Assembly (NCBI GenBank): GCA_043228905.1
Contig: JBHGNT010000002.1
Span: forward strand, 27,962,001-28,026,000
Direction of reading: 5' to 3'
DNA length: 64,000 nucleotides
DNA from: Azolla caroliniana
Taxonomy: Eukaryota; Plantae; Polypodiophyta
Shown here: piece by piece, positions 36,473 to 50,758 of the stretch
Position numbering within the stretch: position 1 is the stretch's first letter
How the letters are laid out: the number at the start of each line of letters is the position of its first letter
The notes under the pieces: generated by a model
What the model saw: the letters and a program-made list of their open reading frames with translations, nothing else
What the model was told of the DNA's origin: nothing
Database searches by the model: none
Made by a program: the position numbers and the translations under genes

Positions 36473-38863
36473 TTAAAATATTAGCTTTGGTACATTTTTT
36501 ATAGAACTACGTGCATTCAGAATCCCAACTCTTCCATCTTGGATTTCTTTCTCCTTGCTGTTCATCTTTAAACTTAGTTCTCCTTTGATGTTGACATCGT
36601 CGTTTAATTTTGCATTTTGTATTTCCTTGTCTGTATCCTTAGGCATCCCATTGTTTGTCAACGTGCTTGATTGATTTGATTGTTCATGTTTGGAAGCAAA
36701 ATAAGCATTCTTAGCAACAATATATCTCTCGAATGCTCTAAGGAGAAGCTTTGGAATCAAGATGCAAAATATATTTATATTGCAATGTATAAAGTTGGCC
36801 ACGACTAAGCACCTCCCAAACAATACCCATAGAGCATCCTGTAAACAAACAATCCAATGAATTGAAATGTACTTATTGCCTCAAAAAGAATTCAGTGGGC
36901 TTGTTAGAGAAGGGTCCCTAAATGTCTCCCCACTTTGGCCACCCATATAAGGGTATAGTCAAATGAAGACGCGGAAACCAAGTGTCATCCGTTTCATGTG
37001 GATATTGAAGTAACAATGCACCCTTCATAGAGTAAGTCAATCAACAACAAAGTATAATGCAAACCTCAACTTTGCTTACTACAACAACTAATGTTTACAC
37101 ATAAATGAATGAAGTGCTAAAAACTTTCTCAAGGTTATGTTTTCGAGTTGAGTTTTTTTTTGTTTTTTAAATGAAGACGGACAAATGCTACTGTATTGCT
37201 AAAATATCCCTTAAACTATTGATATTGCCAAAATACCGGTGCCCTCTTTTCCTCAAATCCCCCCCCCCCCCCCCTCTTTGGGAAAACACATTGTTATATT
37301 AATTGGAGGTGAAAAACGAGATATTGGTAATATAATTTAGTGTGCCCAATACATGGATAATGGCATATGTTGAAGCACGAATAGATACAGGAAGAACACC
37401 CTACCTAGAACAAAATCTCCACTTGACCCAACAAACATAATTGTCAAATCAATACTCTTTTCATATTATGAAAGTGGGGGATTTATGCCAATAGGCAACA
37501 CATGTTGTACAACTAAAGAGAGATTAATGTTTCAATGTGATGAAGTTGTGAATAAAAGTATATGTTGTCATTACCACTTCCATTGTGACACTTGTCAAGG
37601 ATGCTTCAAAACTATAGTTGTAATCTTTTAAATAATTCAAAGCATGAAAGTGATTATTTGAATGTTGCATGCTTATCTCTTTCATTATAACACAATACAT
37701 TCATTAAAGGCACAACTAGCAATTTCAATTGTATAAGTCTTTGATGCAAATCGACAATAAATGTAGTGTTGCTATTTCAAATATGTTCCCAACTAATCAT
37801 TATTTATAAAATGTTAATGCGAGACTCCCAAACAAAATATAATCACAAGGATATCATGAGGCTTGGTGTCGTGATGATGTGGTAGGGTCTACAATATCAA
37901 TTAGAGATATATATACTTTATTAGGAAAGAGGTTCTTTTATGTTCAAACTCATGAGTTTGTATATAATACATGCAAGGAATACGATGTTGAATATAGGCT
38001 CACAATAGGTTCTAGCCAAATTTCTTTACATTATGTAGATTTTTACTTTCTACAACCAAGGTCTATAATGGACATTATGCATGACATAATGAAGCTTATA
38101 TTTTTAGTTTTGGTTGAAAATGTGTGCAAAAGCACATAAACAATGACAATAATATTGATGATACCTGGGAGTATTGGTGAAGAGAGAAGGCTTGAAGCAT
38201 CCAATTGGTTAGAGAAAAGACGCAACGAGTGGTGTAGAGGAGTGTTAGGATGACACGGACCGGGGGCGAGAAGCGAGGGTATTGGCTTATCACTAGCTCA
38301 CTCAACAATTGTGATGCCGATAGAAACAAGTGTGGTGTGGCAGCACGTGCAGGATCGGGATTCCCACGTGAGAACCCTCCCAAAGCAAATGCTAGAGGAA
38401 GAAAGAAACTCAACAATGTTCCCACCACAATGTACGCTTGTCGCCATGTGCCCTTCCTTGTTTCATGTGATTTTTGCAATGTTATATGAGTCATCGGATA
38501 TGCTGGGAATGCACAACGACATGACAACAAAAATATGTATATTGTAACAAACACCACAAATAATGCATCTTCCAAAGGAACAAGCCCACTTGCCACAAAC
38601 ACAATAATGAATGCCCCTAGTTGCACTTCAATCGAGCCTCTTGATCCTATCATTTCTTTCAGCATCATTGTCGCCTCTTCGTCATCCTCATCCACAGTCG
38701 TTGATCTTACCCTTATCCATGGCTCGATTGACTTCATCCATGGCCATGCAAGGACCCTACCAACCTTTCCCAATAAATCATGTCCTCTTGTTGTTGTTCT
38801 TCGATTGGCCATCCTATTGCTCCTATTCTTTTTGCTCTTTGTGTTTATCACAATCCGTTTCAT
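36473..38863 (-). CDS. Conserved plant multi-pass membrane protein of unknown function, ~354 aa
   Basis: Exon 1 38863-38165 (CAG|GT) joins exon 2 36838-36473 (TACAG|G) in phase 0. Motifs ASGLVP, VGTLLSFFLPLAFALGG, AATPHLFL..SQ, FSPPVR, WVLFGRCLVVAN...LIP.LL.RAF. The start could be a later Met. Confidence 0.8.
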
Positions 38864-39637
38864 TCCTTATATGTATCCCCTATGTGTTGTGCTTTGCTTC
38901 CTTTCCCCACCAACATCCCTCAAGGAGAATATCCTCATTCCTACCTTGCATTTCAAGAAATATATACTATACACTTCAAGATGGGTTTTGTAAGAAAAGG
39001 ATTAAATGTTAAATGAAAACACTACTTGTGTGATACATGTAACTTGTAAGGACATAATTGCACGAATGGCCAAATAAAACCCCAACTTTATCCTAGCATT
39101 TACACTTCTTTATTTTGAAGCTAATTATACCCTATAATGAATGTCCAAAAGCTAGCTTGCAACTAGACATTGTCACTAAAGCTATTCTTTAGGTAGCCTA
39201 GTAAAGTGAGTAATTTTCATGTAAAAGTGGATCATGTCGGGTGTGTGCACCATAGCGGGTAGCATTTCGACATTTGCATTCCACACTATTATAACCGATT
39301 CTTGAAAACGAACTAGAAACATTGTGTATGTAATGTTCGACATAGTTTATTTCATACTTAGATGTACATTTTAGGCATGTCCCAACCCCAATTGCAAGAA
39401 CAATTAAGCCATATAAATATTTTTTTAGCAAAAACAGGCTCATTGCACTCTACTAAACCACATATAAAATAGTAAGGTTCCATGCCCTAGAATCTCTATT
39501 TCACTCCTTTTTTGTTCAGTAACGATCCCAACAGTTACATATATTTTATGTTTTTTTTGTTGGTTTTTCTTGATAAAAAGAATATAGCATAATTATATTA
39601 ATCCATAGGAATTTTGACATTTGGCCATATGAAAATA

Positions 39638-39810
39638 TATTTGTATCCTTTTCTAGCGTGTGTGTATTTGAGATGCTTTGGGAAGCGTTAAATTGTGTCT
39701 CAAATATATTTGTTTCCTTTTAAGTTGTGTGTCTTGGAGATGCTTTGGGAAGTGTTAAATTGCGTCTCAAATATATTTGTTTCCTTTTAAGTTCTGTCTT
39801 TGAGATACTT
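39638..39810. repeat. Tandem repeat, ~67-bp unit x2.5
   Basis: GAGATGCTTTGGGAAGYGTTAAATTGYGTCTCAAATATATTTGTTTCCTTTTAAGTT repeated. Confidence 0.85.
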
Positions 39811-40807
39811 TAGGACCCAACATTTTCTTAACACCTTAGCAACATGCAAGGATCCCAAAATATAAAATACCTATTAATAATTCAGTAGGACTCCTTTAAA
39901 GAATCCATAGCGCAAACACACAACTTGGTCGCTCTTATGACAATGCTAACCTTTTCCATTAATCTGAGGACACCTATATAGACAAAGTAAAGGTGACATG
40001 TTTTAAAGGTGAGTATTACATCACAATATCCTTGCGGTATTTCAGCAATCACACTATGGGATTTGCCCCTTTAGTCCAAATCACTACACACAAGCTTCTT
40101 CAAGGCCAATTTTGGTGGCCCACACATTTGAAGCACAACCTTGTGTCTCACTAATAGCTAATATGTCAAGAAAGTATAGTGCATGTTCACTCAAAGTCAG
40201 AAATTAGAATATTGATTGTGCAGGTATATATGCAGCCCTTAAGATATGGAAACATTTGCTTACCCTCAACGAGAACAAAACATGTTATACAATTCTAATT
40301 GTATAACGGCACTTGAACTAATAGAACACAAGGAAATCTAACTTTTGTGTTTTGTTCAACCTCTAGATCCCAAACTTTCCCTATAGTGCAACCCTATTCA
40401 ATACACACCATGGGATTAGAAATGTGGACAACCAAACTCAAAGACTTCAACATACTTTACATGTGTCATGTGTATTTGTATAATTCATGTTTGCATCATC
40501 TCAATGGCATCACTAGGCCTAATTGTGTGTGTGTGTGTGTGTGTGTGTGCGTGCGTGCGTGAGAGAGAGAGAGAGAGAGCTTCTATGGCCAATCACAAAA
40601 ATCATGCATATCAACAGTTGTGAACACCATAGCTCCGAAGAAATGTGTACAACCTATCGTTTATTAGTGCGAATGTGCTTCTTTCATCAGAAAGGCAAAG
40701 AGTGCTGTGAAGAATGCAAAAAGGTGTGTGCGCGCTTGGCATTCTCAAGAAGAAGAGTAAAACGTTTAGAAATTCCCCTCGAGAATTAAAGACGAGGCAA
40801 AAATGGT

Positions 40808-40880
40808 CACGCCCGGTGGGACTCGAACCCACAATCCCTTGATTAGAAGTCAAGTGCCTTATCCATTAGGCCACGGGCGC
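40808..40880 (-). tRNA. tRNA-Arg(TCT)
   Basis: Minus strand GCGCCCGTGGCCTAATGGATAAGGCACTTGACTTCTAATCAAGGGATTGTGGGTTCGAGTCCCACCGGGCGTG; anticodon TCT; TTTTT downstream. Confidence 0.97.
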
Positions 40881-41842
40881 TGAATAATGTGTAAATGTTG
40901 TTATGATAACTATATAAAGTCTGACTTTTACCATTCAGTATGATGCAAACTTCAATACCACCCAAAACATTACCAATACTCTTATCGGAATATAATTATC
41001 AGCAGAGTTGGGCATCAAGCTCTAAGGCATTAAAGGAAGTTTCACATCAACCATTCAAGAAACCTTCACTTCGGTACCTAAATTATATAGTTTTAAGAAT
41101 GCTCATGCACAATAAATGCCTATTATTTCTATGGATTATATCCAAATACATTTCCCTTCTACATGAACTGTATTATGCGGTTATTCTAGGTGATCCACAA
41201 CTACCAACATCTATGTCACGAAACCTTGTATTTGAATATCTTCTATCTATGCCATTTTGAATGTTGATAAAAAACCTTGAAGTGCATAATGTTGATTATC
41301 TCTTCATACAATTTGTTGAGGGAATAAACAATTGTGATCTTCACAAGTTTAGAATCCTTATTATGGCAAACCATCATCTCCCAAATACCCCTGGTGGCTC
41401 TAATATATCAATAAGTTCTTAATTAGAATTAATCAGATTCATAAACAGAATAAGCTTACAATTAGTGCTAATGCATGATATGATGCCCAGTTATTATCAA
41501 CTCTGTTCATATTGCAGTACTCCAAAAACAATTAAGAACACGTTTACATCCCTTTTATTATATTTTTAAATACATGTAAGTTCAAATAGTACCAGTACAA
41601 ACTGTATCATTGCATTAACTGTAGAAATTTGTGAATAGCAGAAACAAGGATATGTTTTTGGATAAAGTTCTGCAAGATGTGATGCAAATAGAATACGCAA
41701 GGAAAACCTTAGGACAAACATTTTTTGTTTATTAACTTCCCATGTTTGAAAAATATATCATACATCATTCATCACTATAACAGGTTGTAAGTGTACAAAT
41801 AACTGCCTATTACACCCAAAGAAGTGGGCATAAAAGTGAAAA

Positions 41843-44690
41843 TTAGGATCGCAGAGAGGCTCTTGGAACAGCCGGCAGCCCAAACTCGTCAGCAACCTAA
41901 AAAAACAAAAAACAAAATTAACGTTTGGTTATTTGTAAAGGAACCTGGCATGCATTTGTTTATGATGTTAAACAAATGCATGCCAGGTATATACATCTAG
42001 AAATGCATGTATTGGAACTATCTTAACCACATTGCTACTGCAGACTTGTCGCTGATATATAAGTCGGTATAAATATACATATAGAAATTGTATGCATTCA
42101 CAATAGTAAACAGGTTTTCTTTCAATCACCATCTCAGGTTATTGAGCTATGAATGCATAAAGATATGTATAAATAAATGTACATGTAGAAATTGCGTACA
42201 TCGACAAGATTTTGTCAAAGTCACTATGAGATTGTTGAGCCGTAAATTTGTAAAGATAGCTAAAAGTATACATGATGGAAATGTACGTGTGCATGATATC
42301 AACCAGATTTTATTTAGATCATTACTTGAGATGGAGCTGTAGATATATAGACCCAGGCATAAACATACAAATAGAAATATACATAACGAGGCACGACATA
42401 TATAGCTTTAGCATGTAAGGGACAAACATATAACGAGACATTTACATTATGCACAGCATTTATCATATTACATAATGACGCAAGGAGCCAATATATAAAA
42501 ATATTTACATAACAGTATCTGACTCATACCTGAGCTTGTGCATGTCCAGCAGGCACAGGAGGTAAGTTAAGTTCTGTATCATGTTCAGGTTCTTTATCTG
42601 GCTGAAGATAAGAAGGAATTTCTGAAGCCTCTGTTTCTGTACCCATGTCAGCTTCTAATGCATCCAACTCTAATAACATTAAAAACAAAATGTAAGCACA
42701 AGAGATCTAGAATAAGTATTGTTAGTATCTTGTCTCCTGTGATCGCATGACTTTTGGAATGATTATCAAAAGATACCTCCTAAAAGCTCATCCTCGTCGA
42801 TATCATCAGGAACATTATAGCTTCTTCCAAGCGACTCTTGAATTTCATTACTTATATCCATGAGATCCATCATCTCATCTTGTAAGTTCTGTTATTCCCA
42901 AACATATGTTATATTATGATCACCAAAAGAAGGATTAGGTTGTATGGCATGAAAATAGGTAATGGAACTCCTTACATCAATATCTTCGATTTTCAATGTT
43001 TTCATAGTCCCCTTCAAGTCTTTATTGGCTACTTTCATTGCTGCCAGCTGCAATAAAAGATCTCTTTTAAGAGAAAGATTCGGTAATTCGGGGTGCTATG
43101 TGTATTAAAGCTTTAATGACGTGAGACATGAATCCAGTTTCTGAAGGATAAGCAGAATATTCTCACAGTTTGCTGGGCATCTTTGATGCCCTCTGTAGCA
43201 AAAGCCACTTGATCAAGGTTGAAGGTTTGATTATATAGCATATCTCTTTGCCCTTCATACCTGAAAAAAGAATTATCTACGTTTTAAACAAAACCATATT
43301 TCTTTAATAGAGATGATACAGCAAAGTAGAAACACAAATACAACCAATACTGGCGCTTACATTCTCTTCTGCTTTAAGACCCGCATCGCACGGGCTTTTA
43401 CAGCCTCTTGAGCAGGGCCTGGCCTGGTCTTCTTAATTTGTTCTTTGTACTTTACAAGTTCCATATCAAGTTTCTTGATCTTCTCATCAACGGACTCACC
43501 TCGCTTTCCAATCTGTATGACATCCTCAGGTATTGATACCGAAATATGTGACAAGCAAAAAACAAGCATACACATAATCCCTCAGTTTTTTGGTTTTACT
43601 ATTACACTGGGTTCCAAATGGGTTGACAATGCACAATGTTAGTAACACAAAAATTGTGCACAATTTGTTTGGATCCCTAATAGACATGGCTCATAACTTG
43701 AAAGGTTTCTTGTGTAGGTGGCGAAAATCAGCTTGGTGAAAATTTTAGGCTTAGGTTTCCCACTTCTAAAACTAATTAACAGCAGTAAAAATGTTATGAG
43801 AAGTTTCCCTTCGAAGGCAAATAAACAAGAAAGCATACGAAATTTTTCCCTGTGACAACATTTGATAAACAAATAGTTGATGCACATTGATCAACTGCAT
43901 AACATATACCAAAAGGAAAAGAGAGATACATGAAACTCTTTTCATCATCTAAATAAACATGAGATTGTTCTTGAACCACTTCTCTTGCTGAAGGAATCAG
44001 AGGTGGCAGGTTTCTCCTGGAGATGAGTTGGACCACATTGGGGACGCATGCAATGCATGAGATCACTGTCTTCTTATTCTCGCCTTACCCATGATCACAT
44101 CATATTGAAAAGGCACTTGCTATTCAGAAAATTATTGCCTTATCATTCTAACCTTGCACACGATGACATCATGTATGAGGAAGAGTCTCAAGGGCTGGAG
44201 GTTGATAGTAGAAGCCTATGTCACAACCTATAGTGTTCAACACCTATTTGCAGTGCTTTTGACATTTGACTAACACACAAAATACCACAAGTTTATGTCA
44301 GAATACTAAATTTCAGATTAGTTGCATGTACTAAATGCATAGAGTCTAAAACAGCGCAAGTTGTAATGCTGACTTGGTGATGTCCAAATTCACACAATTT
44401 CTGTTATACAATAAATCTGCAAACTTTTTATGGAGAGATTTAAAATCTACGTCCTTAATGAACGTTTTCCCAACAGCATACATAGGAATAGGAATTCATG
44501 ACATAAACAAAAGAAAAACTCCTACAAGGAAAGGATCTCTGCACCATGTAAAATTACCAATAGTGTCTAATAGTCATAAACTGCTTAACAAAGCAGCATG
44601 CACAAGAAATAGCTGTATTACCCTTTCAGTAGTTTCTGCTACAGTGGGAACAGGCGCCTTCTCTTTCTTGACTCCAAACACGCGCTTCAT
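41843..44690 (-). CDS. VPS60: ESCRT-III-associated SNF7-family protein VPS60/CHMP5
   Basis: 7 exons: 44690-44622, 43512-43361, 43260-43167, 43047-42976, 42888-42777, 42669-42530, 41896-41843. [70 protein letters not shown]. Confidence 0.95.
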
Positions 44691-46499
44691 TGTGATTTTT
44701 CTCTGTATCAATAAAAAGAAGCAAATGATTACACTCTCCTTCTACTAATGAAATGCTCGAATTTTCTACAGCAAGCATCTGACTTCAACATGCTTCTGGG
44801 GTAATGTGCAGGCAGCAGGATGAAATTACCGTCTCACTCAGCACATTGAACTGGGTCTAGCATTCTGCAGCAGGTGGACAGACTTTAAAGAGAGAACCAA
44901 CCAAGGGTTGCAAAACCCACCCCCTCCACAAAAAAAGAAAAGAGAAAAAGAGAGATAACACATGGATCCTCAAGGGGAGAAATTTTGAGTGTTCCCTTCA
45001 TAGTGTATATTATATTTTTCGGATGCCAGTCTAACTTGACAATTTTCTTTTGCCATGTCATCTTATATGACCATTCTGAGGCGTGCATTGATTTGGCTTC
45101 CACGTGTAATGGCAAGTTTTATCCTAATATGCGCAGGCGTGTGATCTGAATTTGAGAATCTATCCCCAACGTCACGATATTGTACCAGATCCATGGCATT
45201 ATGTTTGACTATGTACTACTCAAACATAAAGCCTTGGATCTCGTACAAATTTGTGAAGCTGGCCACCATTGCTGCTTGTATTAATGGCGTGTAAAATAAC
45301 TTAAACCCAGAGAGAGAGGCTGTGTGAGTTTTCTTAGCATTTACAGCAAGAAAGAAAGATAAAGGATTCAGCAATTTGTCTTTAACAAACACAGAATCAT
45401 GAGATTGGCAGCATAGAGAGAACAGAATGCACAATAATGATCTATCGGCTATGTAGTCACCCATGCAATTACTACAATGGAACTCTTCGTCATTTAGAAA
45501 TAAGAAGATAACTAATAAAAGGACTAAGAAAACTGTAGCTAGACATGTGATCATGAGATTGATAACACAAGCTCCTAAAGAATAAAATGTAAAGGTACCA
45601 ATGCAGGAAAAGTTTATGTGCGCAGTAACCACTCATACAACATTTTAGAATGGAGAGACCATTGAAACAAGAAGAGTTGCAAATTGCTGACAAGGTGGTT
45701 GCGCTATGGTGTACATATGGGAGGAATAATTCCCAATAATGATGCCCCTGGAAATCATGTTTCAAATAACTCTTATTAGTGTCTGTGGCATAAAAACAAT
45801 AAATCTCTAAACACTACTGGGATAATGATACCCCTAGGGATCCTGTTTTGGATCAATTTCTCGTTACTGTCCATAGCAAGCATAAACTAAATCGATCTCA
45901 CTGATGTTAGCTTTGCTTCAGCTGGTTATCCACCAGTTTTTATTCGAATTGTAGTGGGTTAATGCTCTCGTAACAATGCACTATTGACGTTTTTGTTGTC
46001 GATTGGGTTAATTTTGTACTGATTCTAAAATTGGGTCCACAAATAATGTTTACTGGGCACTTTCCTGTTTGGGTTTTTCTACCAACCCTTCATTGTGTGT
46101 AGCTACAAATGCCTTAGAATTGACATACCTAGTCAATATACTTGGAATAGGTCTAGGCACGGATGTCTAACTAGGAGAATGATATCCAGCACAACCCAAT
46201 ACTTTGAGGACATGTGCCATGAGCACAACCCAAAGATGTGAGAATTGAGCAATAGTACTCAATGTATGTGTGGTGCAAACTTTGTTATATGGACATCAAT
46301 GGAAGCAGTATTTCAACAAGTTTATGAAATACAAAAGAAATGTCTAGTCTACCATTTAAGGGTTAAGAGCACAAGTCAGCATTCCAGAACACTTCAAGAA
46401 ACTAGAAGAAGGCCAATACCCTTTTATGACCTTTGAAGAGTTTATCTGTACATTGAACGAAAGAACAATGCAATGATATCATCACATCAAGGCCGCATG

Positions 46500-47500
46500 C
46501 GAACTTCGATGCCTAACATAAGATAACCACGAAAGAATTTTGTTTTCATCCATATGAGTCCAAGAAGTCTGGAAATAAATATGAATATGGCATGTTGAAG
46601 GGACAGGAAAACGTGAGTCATTGTTCTATTAATCCACATTGTAGTTCCTCCACACAAAATGGGAACAGCCCAACATGGATCTAAGTTGGGGCACAATTGC
46701 AGCTGCATTAATACTTGATATTGGGGAAATTACCAAGGGCAGCTGGTCGATGCCCAAGCTCACATCAGACACCCACACTGTGCCATCTCACACTGATACA
46801 CAAACACATGGATATTGAAAAGAGAAATAGGATGTTTGCTGAATATTGAGCACAGAGAGAACATGTGACCTATGTGCTTCCTCATTGTACCAGAAACATG
46901 TCACTTTGGAATGCCTCAAATATGAAGATATCAGGCATGATTTCAGGAATTTCCATAAGGTTGTACGAGTTCTCAAGAATTCCTACTGCGGACAAACATA
47001 TATGGAGGCACACATCTTACATGCCCTTCCCCCAGCTGTAGGACATGTCCATGCATCATCTTATCAACATCCAGCTTTGCAATTAGAAGGTGTATCTGAG
47101 GAACATTATCCATGTCATTGTCCAGCATATAATCAGAGGATGATAAGATTATCTCTTCCTTGCAAATAAAGACATAGAAAGAGCCTCCTAAAATAGAGGC
47201 TGACACTTGCTAATCAACCGAGACAGGACTTTGACAGATTCCTTGAAATGGACCAACTCCGCATGGTGTAAATGTACAATCCGGCCAAAACGGATTCCCC
47301 AAATCAGAGAATTCATGATAAATCTAGCCATTTCTCGTTGTTATGGACGTCCTCCACAGCAATTGGGAGAACAAGTCTAATCTGCATGTGTTCACAAGAT
47401 CAAATCCATCATCACATGGCACCAGAGATGCCTTTCTCATTAGACCATTCGTTCCATACGGATGTTTCCAGAGGGAAACATTTTCGGTTTCTTCAAGTCA
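46500..47500 (-). pseudogene. Possible decayed PPR fragments in the VPS60 upstream/5'-UTR intron
   Basis: Short PPR-like peptides QIHLLIAKLDVD and MEIPEIMPDIFIF amid stops and frameshifts. Confidence 0.3.
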
Positions 47501-48999
47501 TTTGATTTTAGGAAGCTACCATAGAAAAGAAAAAAAAAAATCATGTGTTGTTTTCTCTTATTGCTGCCAGATGAGTTAGAATAACCCGTTATAAACTTCT
47601 CCAGGCTTCGTGGGCCGTTTAAAGGTCTTCTAGAGACGTTAAAGATTCTTTCTTCTCTCTATATTTCATTAGAAGGCCCTGGTGAATGTAGGAATGGACG
47701 GCATGGCCTCCTTGTCTCTGCTGGACAACCTTTACATAACCATAAACGTATCCGTGTCCGTATGAAATCTTGCCAAACATGAAATACATGAGAGATAAAC
47801 GGGAAAAAAGAATTGGATGACCTATTTCTTGAAACAAGAAAGAAAAGTTCATATTTTTATCCGTCTTCAAAAACTCAGATGAAGACTGTCGATCAAACAT
47901 ATGAGAAGACTAAACGTAATAGCCGTCGCAGTCGAGAAAACATCAAAGAGTTGAGAGAGAGAGAGAAAGAAAGATACCTGAGAATTGATGAACGGCACAG
48001 AGAGAGAGGGAGAGACAGATTCTTTGTCTCGATCTCGAAGAAGAAGAAGAAGAAGCCGGAGAGGGAGAGGGAGAGAACAGTATGTACGAAATCAGATGTT
48101 TCTGCTTATTCTTGGTTTGGAGAAACTACAGATATAGCCTTTACGCCAGCCCCTCCGCGTTTTCTGAAAACTCCGCAAAAAAGTTTGACTATATTATATT
48201 TATATACCCCCCAAAAACTCTACTTGGCTTTTTTCCTCCTCGAGTGACTTAGTGTAAGTTACAACTTACCAACAAACGAAAGGGGCCCCAAATTAAACAA
48301 GAATTGTGATCTTCCTTCCTGTCCACCCACTCTTCGGACATCCAATAGCTCTCGACAAACTTGTCGTCAATCTTGTGTTTACATCCTAGGTCTTACTTGA
48401 CCATTATTAGCTTAGAATCACAATTCCGCCGATTTCGAAATCGGTTAAATCATTTCATAGCAAGCTTTCCTATGTATCTTGGATGGACCAAGTTCTCAAA
48501 ATAATAGATGACCAAACTAAGGTGAACCCCTGGCTCAATGGATCCCAAATTAACTTGTCATTCATTATTATGAACAAAAACTGATGAATCTCTCGATGTA
48601 CACTACTCCAGTGACCTTCTTCAATGAGCTTTTGGTTGTGTATATTTTTTTGAGCTTTTTCTCAAACAATACGACGTCAAAGAACTAATCCTACAAAGCT
48701 CACCGTGTAGTTATCTTAGCACTTGTATGTGAATGGGACCAAAGAGTTCTACATATGAGTACTTCTATATTTACAATAAATGACCTCGAATCTAAAAAAA
48801 ATGCTTAAAATACAAGATATTAACTTCTTCTTTTTCGATAAAAAATATGCTCCATTGGTATTAAATTTAACAATGCCAAAGGCAATGTACAAATTGTACA
48901 TAATAGTTTCCACTCCATAATATATATCATCAAAAAAAGGACTAACTATCAACGATGGCATTTGGCAAGACTCGGCCTTTGCCAACACCACCTTTGCTC

Positions 49000-49460
49000 C
49001 AACAAGCTAGGATTTCATGAGACCATATCTATTGTACGAAGTGTCTGAAACCCATCTTCAATTGGCCCTTGTTATGGCCTCTGAAAACCTTTCATGTTGC
49101 AGCCAACATTGGCTGAATGTGATTCCGCATATACTAAAGCTCTTCGCTCTATCCATACTCCACATATAACCAAATTCTTGCAGTCCAAGAGAATACACCT
49201 CATGGTGGTAAGGTTGTTGCTATTTGTCAAATGTTTTATACGACAAGATCTTCTTTAGCTACAACAATTGAAGACACGAAAATAGTCCATGATGCACCTA
49301 CCACTTGGGATAAAACGTGATGGGCCGCCTTGGATAGCCCCCCATCTATCATCTCCCATATCACAACGAGCATGTCCTTCATCTCCACTAACATTGAAAA
49401 TGTACTTGTAATGAATCTCCCTAAAACAAGATGATCTATGTCCTCCTCACCTCAACAAGA
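49000..49460 (-). pseudogene. PPR (PLS-type) gene fragment
   Basis: Minus-strand translation ...GLSKAAHHV...GVFSWTARIWLYVEYG*SEEL*YMRNHIQP resembles the PPR consensus VFSWTAIIxGYxxxGxxEEALxxxxxM; in-frame stops. Confidence 0.5.
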
Positions 49461-50564
49461 AAATCTGCTTCGATCCCCCACCATCTTAACTTTACTAGAG
49501 GCTTAACTCACACTTTGCTATAGTTGACTTCAACACAAAAGCACACAAATATTCGACACTGACACTAGTAAATACAAGTTACTACCCCATGAACAATGTA
49601 TCGATATCAATGTAGGGTTTGGGTCATGTCATTCATGAACTAGTCCAGGGTCTTCTACTCAATTATGGATTCAGTCATTGGTATCCTTAACCCTTGTAAG
49701 ACCATCCAAACTATGAATAACTTAATTGCAAATCCATATCAGATGAAAAAGCACTAGCACATTGCATACATCAATGTATTGCCAATACTTTCAACTTAAA
49801 GGCATGCCTCAACCCAAATAAAAAAGCATGGACAAAATTGAAGTAGTGATTGACACTTGTAATCATCCAAAAGGGGATGTGTGCACCTTATAAGAAGTTT
49901 TCGATTCTACACTATATCTTCACACATGTAGCATCCTTTTTATGCATGCAACACAATATAGCACTACATCTTTTATAAATACTTTTTTGCAATCTTTGAT
50001 TTTAGACTCTTAACAACATGAATTTATAAACAAATTTTTTGGGGCCTAATTTGTTTGAAACCCTGTTAACAACATGGATCTATGAGCAAGTTTTTTGAGG
50101 GCACAAATCTTTGCCATGGGACACAAATCAAGTAAACTGTTTTTCATGATAAATTAACCGATACATTGATGTATTCAACATCAACAATTTTAATTTACCT
50201 CATCATCTTCAAGCTTCTACTTTTGTTCTATAGCCTCAAATTCTACAATAAGTGCAAAGAAAACAATGTTGTTGTGCAATGTCTCTTACATAATGCATAA
50301 AAGGTAAAGTTTCTCATTGTGTCCATTGACTATAACTAAACACTTACTTCATGTCCTCACAAACTAAGCGTCATTCTAAATTCTCCAACACGTGTTAGCG
50401 TAAATATTTATTTCCTTGTCTTTAAAAGACTTACCTAAACAAATTGCATGCAATACACAACTAGGTTGGGCTTGTTATATATATCAATCACTCAATATTT
50501 TTGAGCATATAAGTGACTTTCAATACTTCTAGTAGTAATGCAAAGTGAAGTGTCTCGATGAGTC

Positions 50565-50758
50565 TTCGGGTTACAACAAGAGAGGGATGACACATGAGAA
50601 TGGGTGGTCAAAACATCAATCAACATTAGTTTGCTATAATCAATTAAAGAATACTTAGGTTCGGGTTACAACAAGAGAGGGATGGCACATGAGAATGGGT
50701 GATTAAAACATCAATCAACATATGTTTGCTATAATCAATTAAAGAATACTTAGGTTCG
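50565..50758. repeat. Tandem duplication, 95-bp unit x2
   Basis: TTCGGGTTACAACAAGAGAGGGATG...CAATTAAAGAATACTTAGG twice. Confidence 0.9.
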
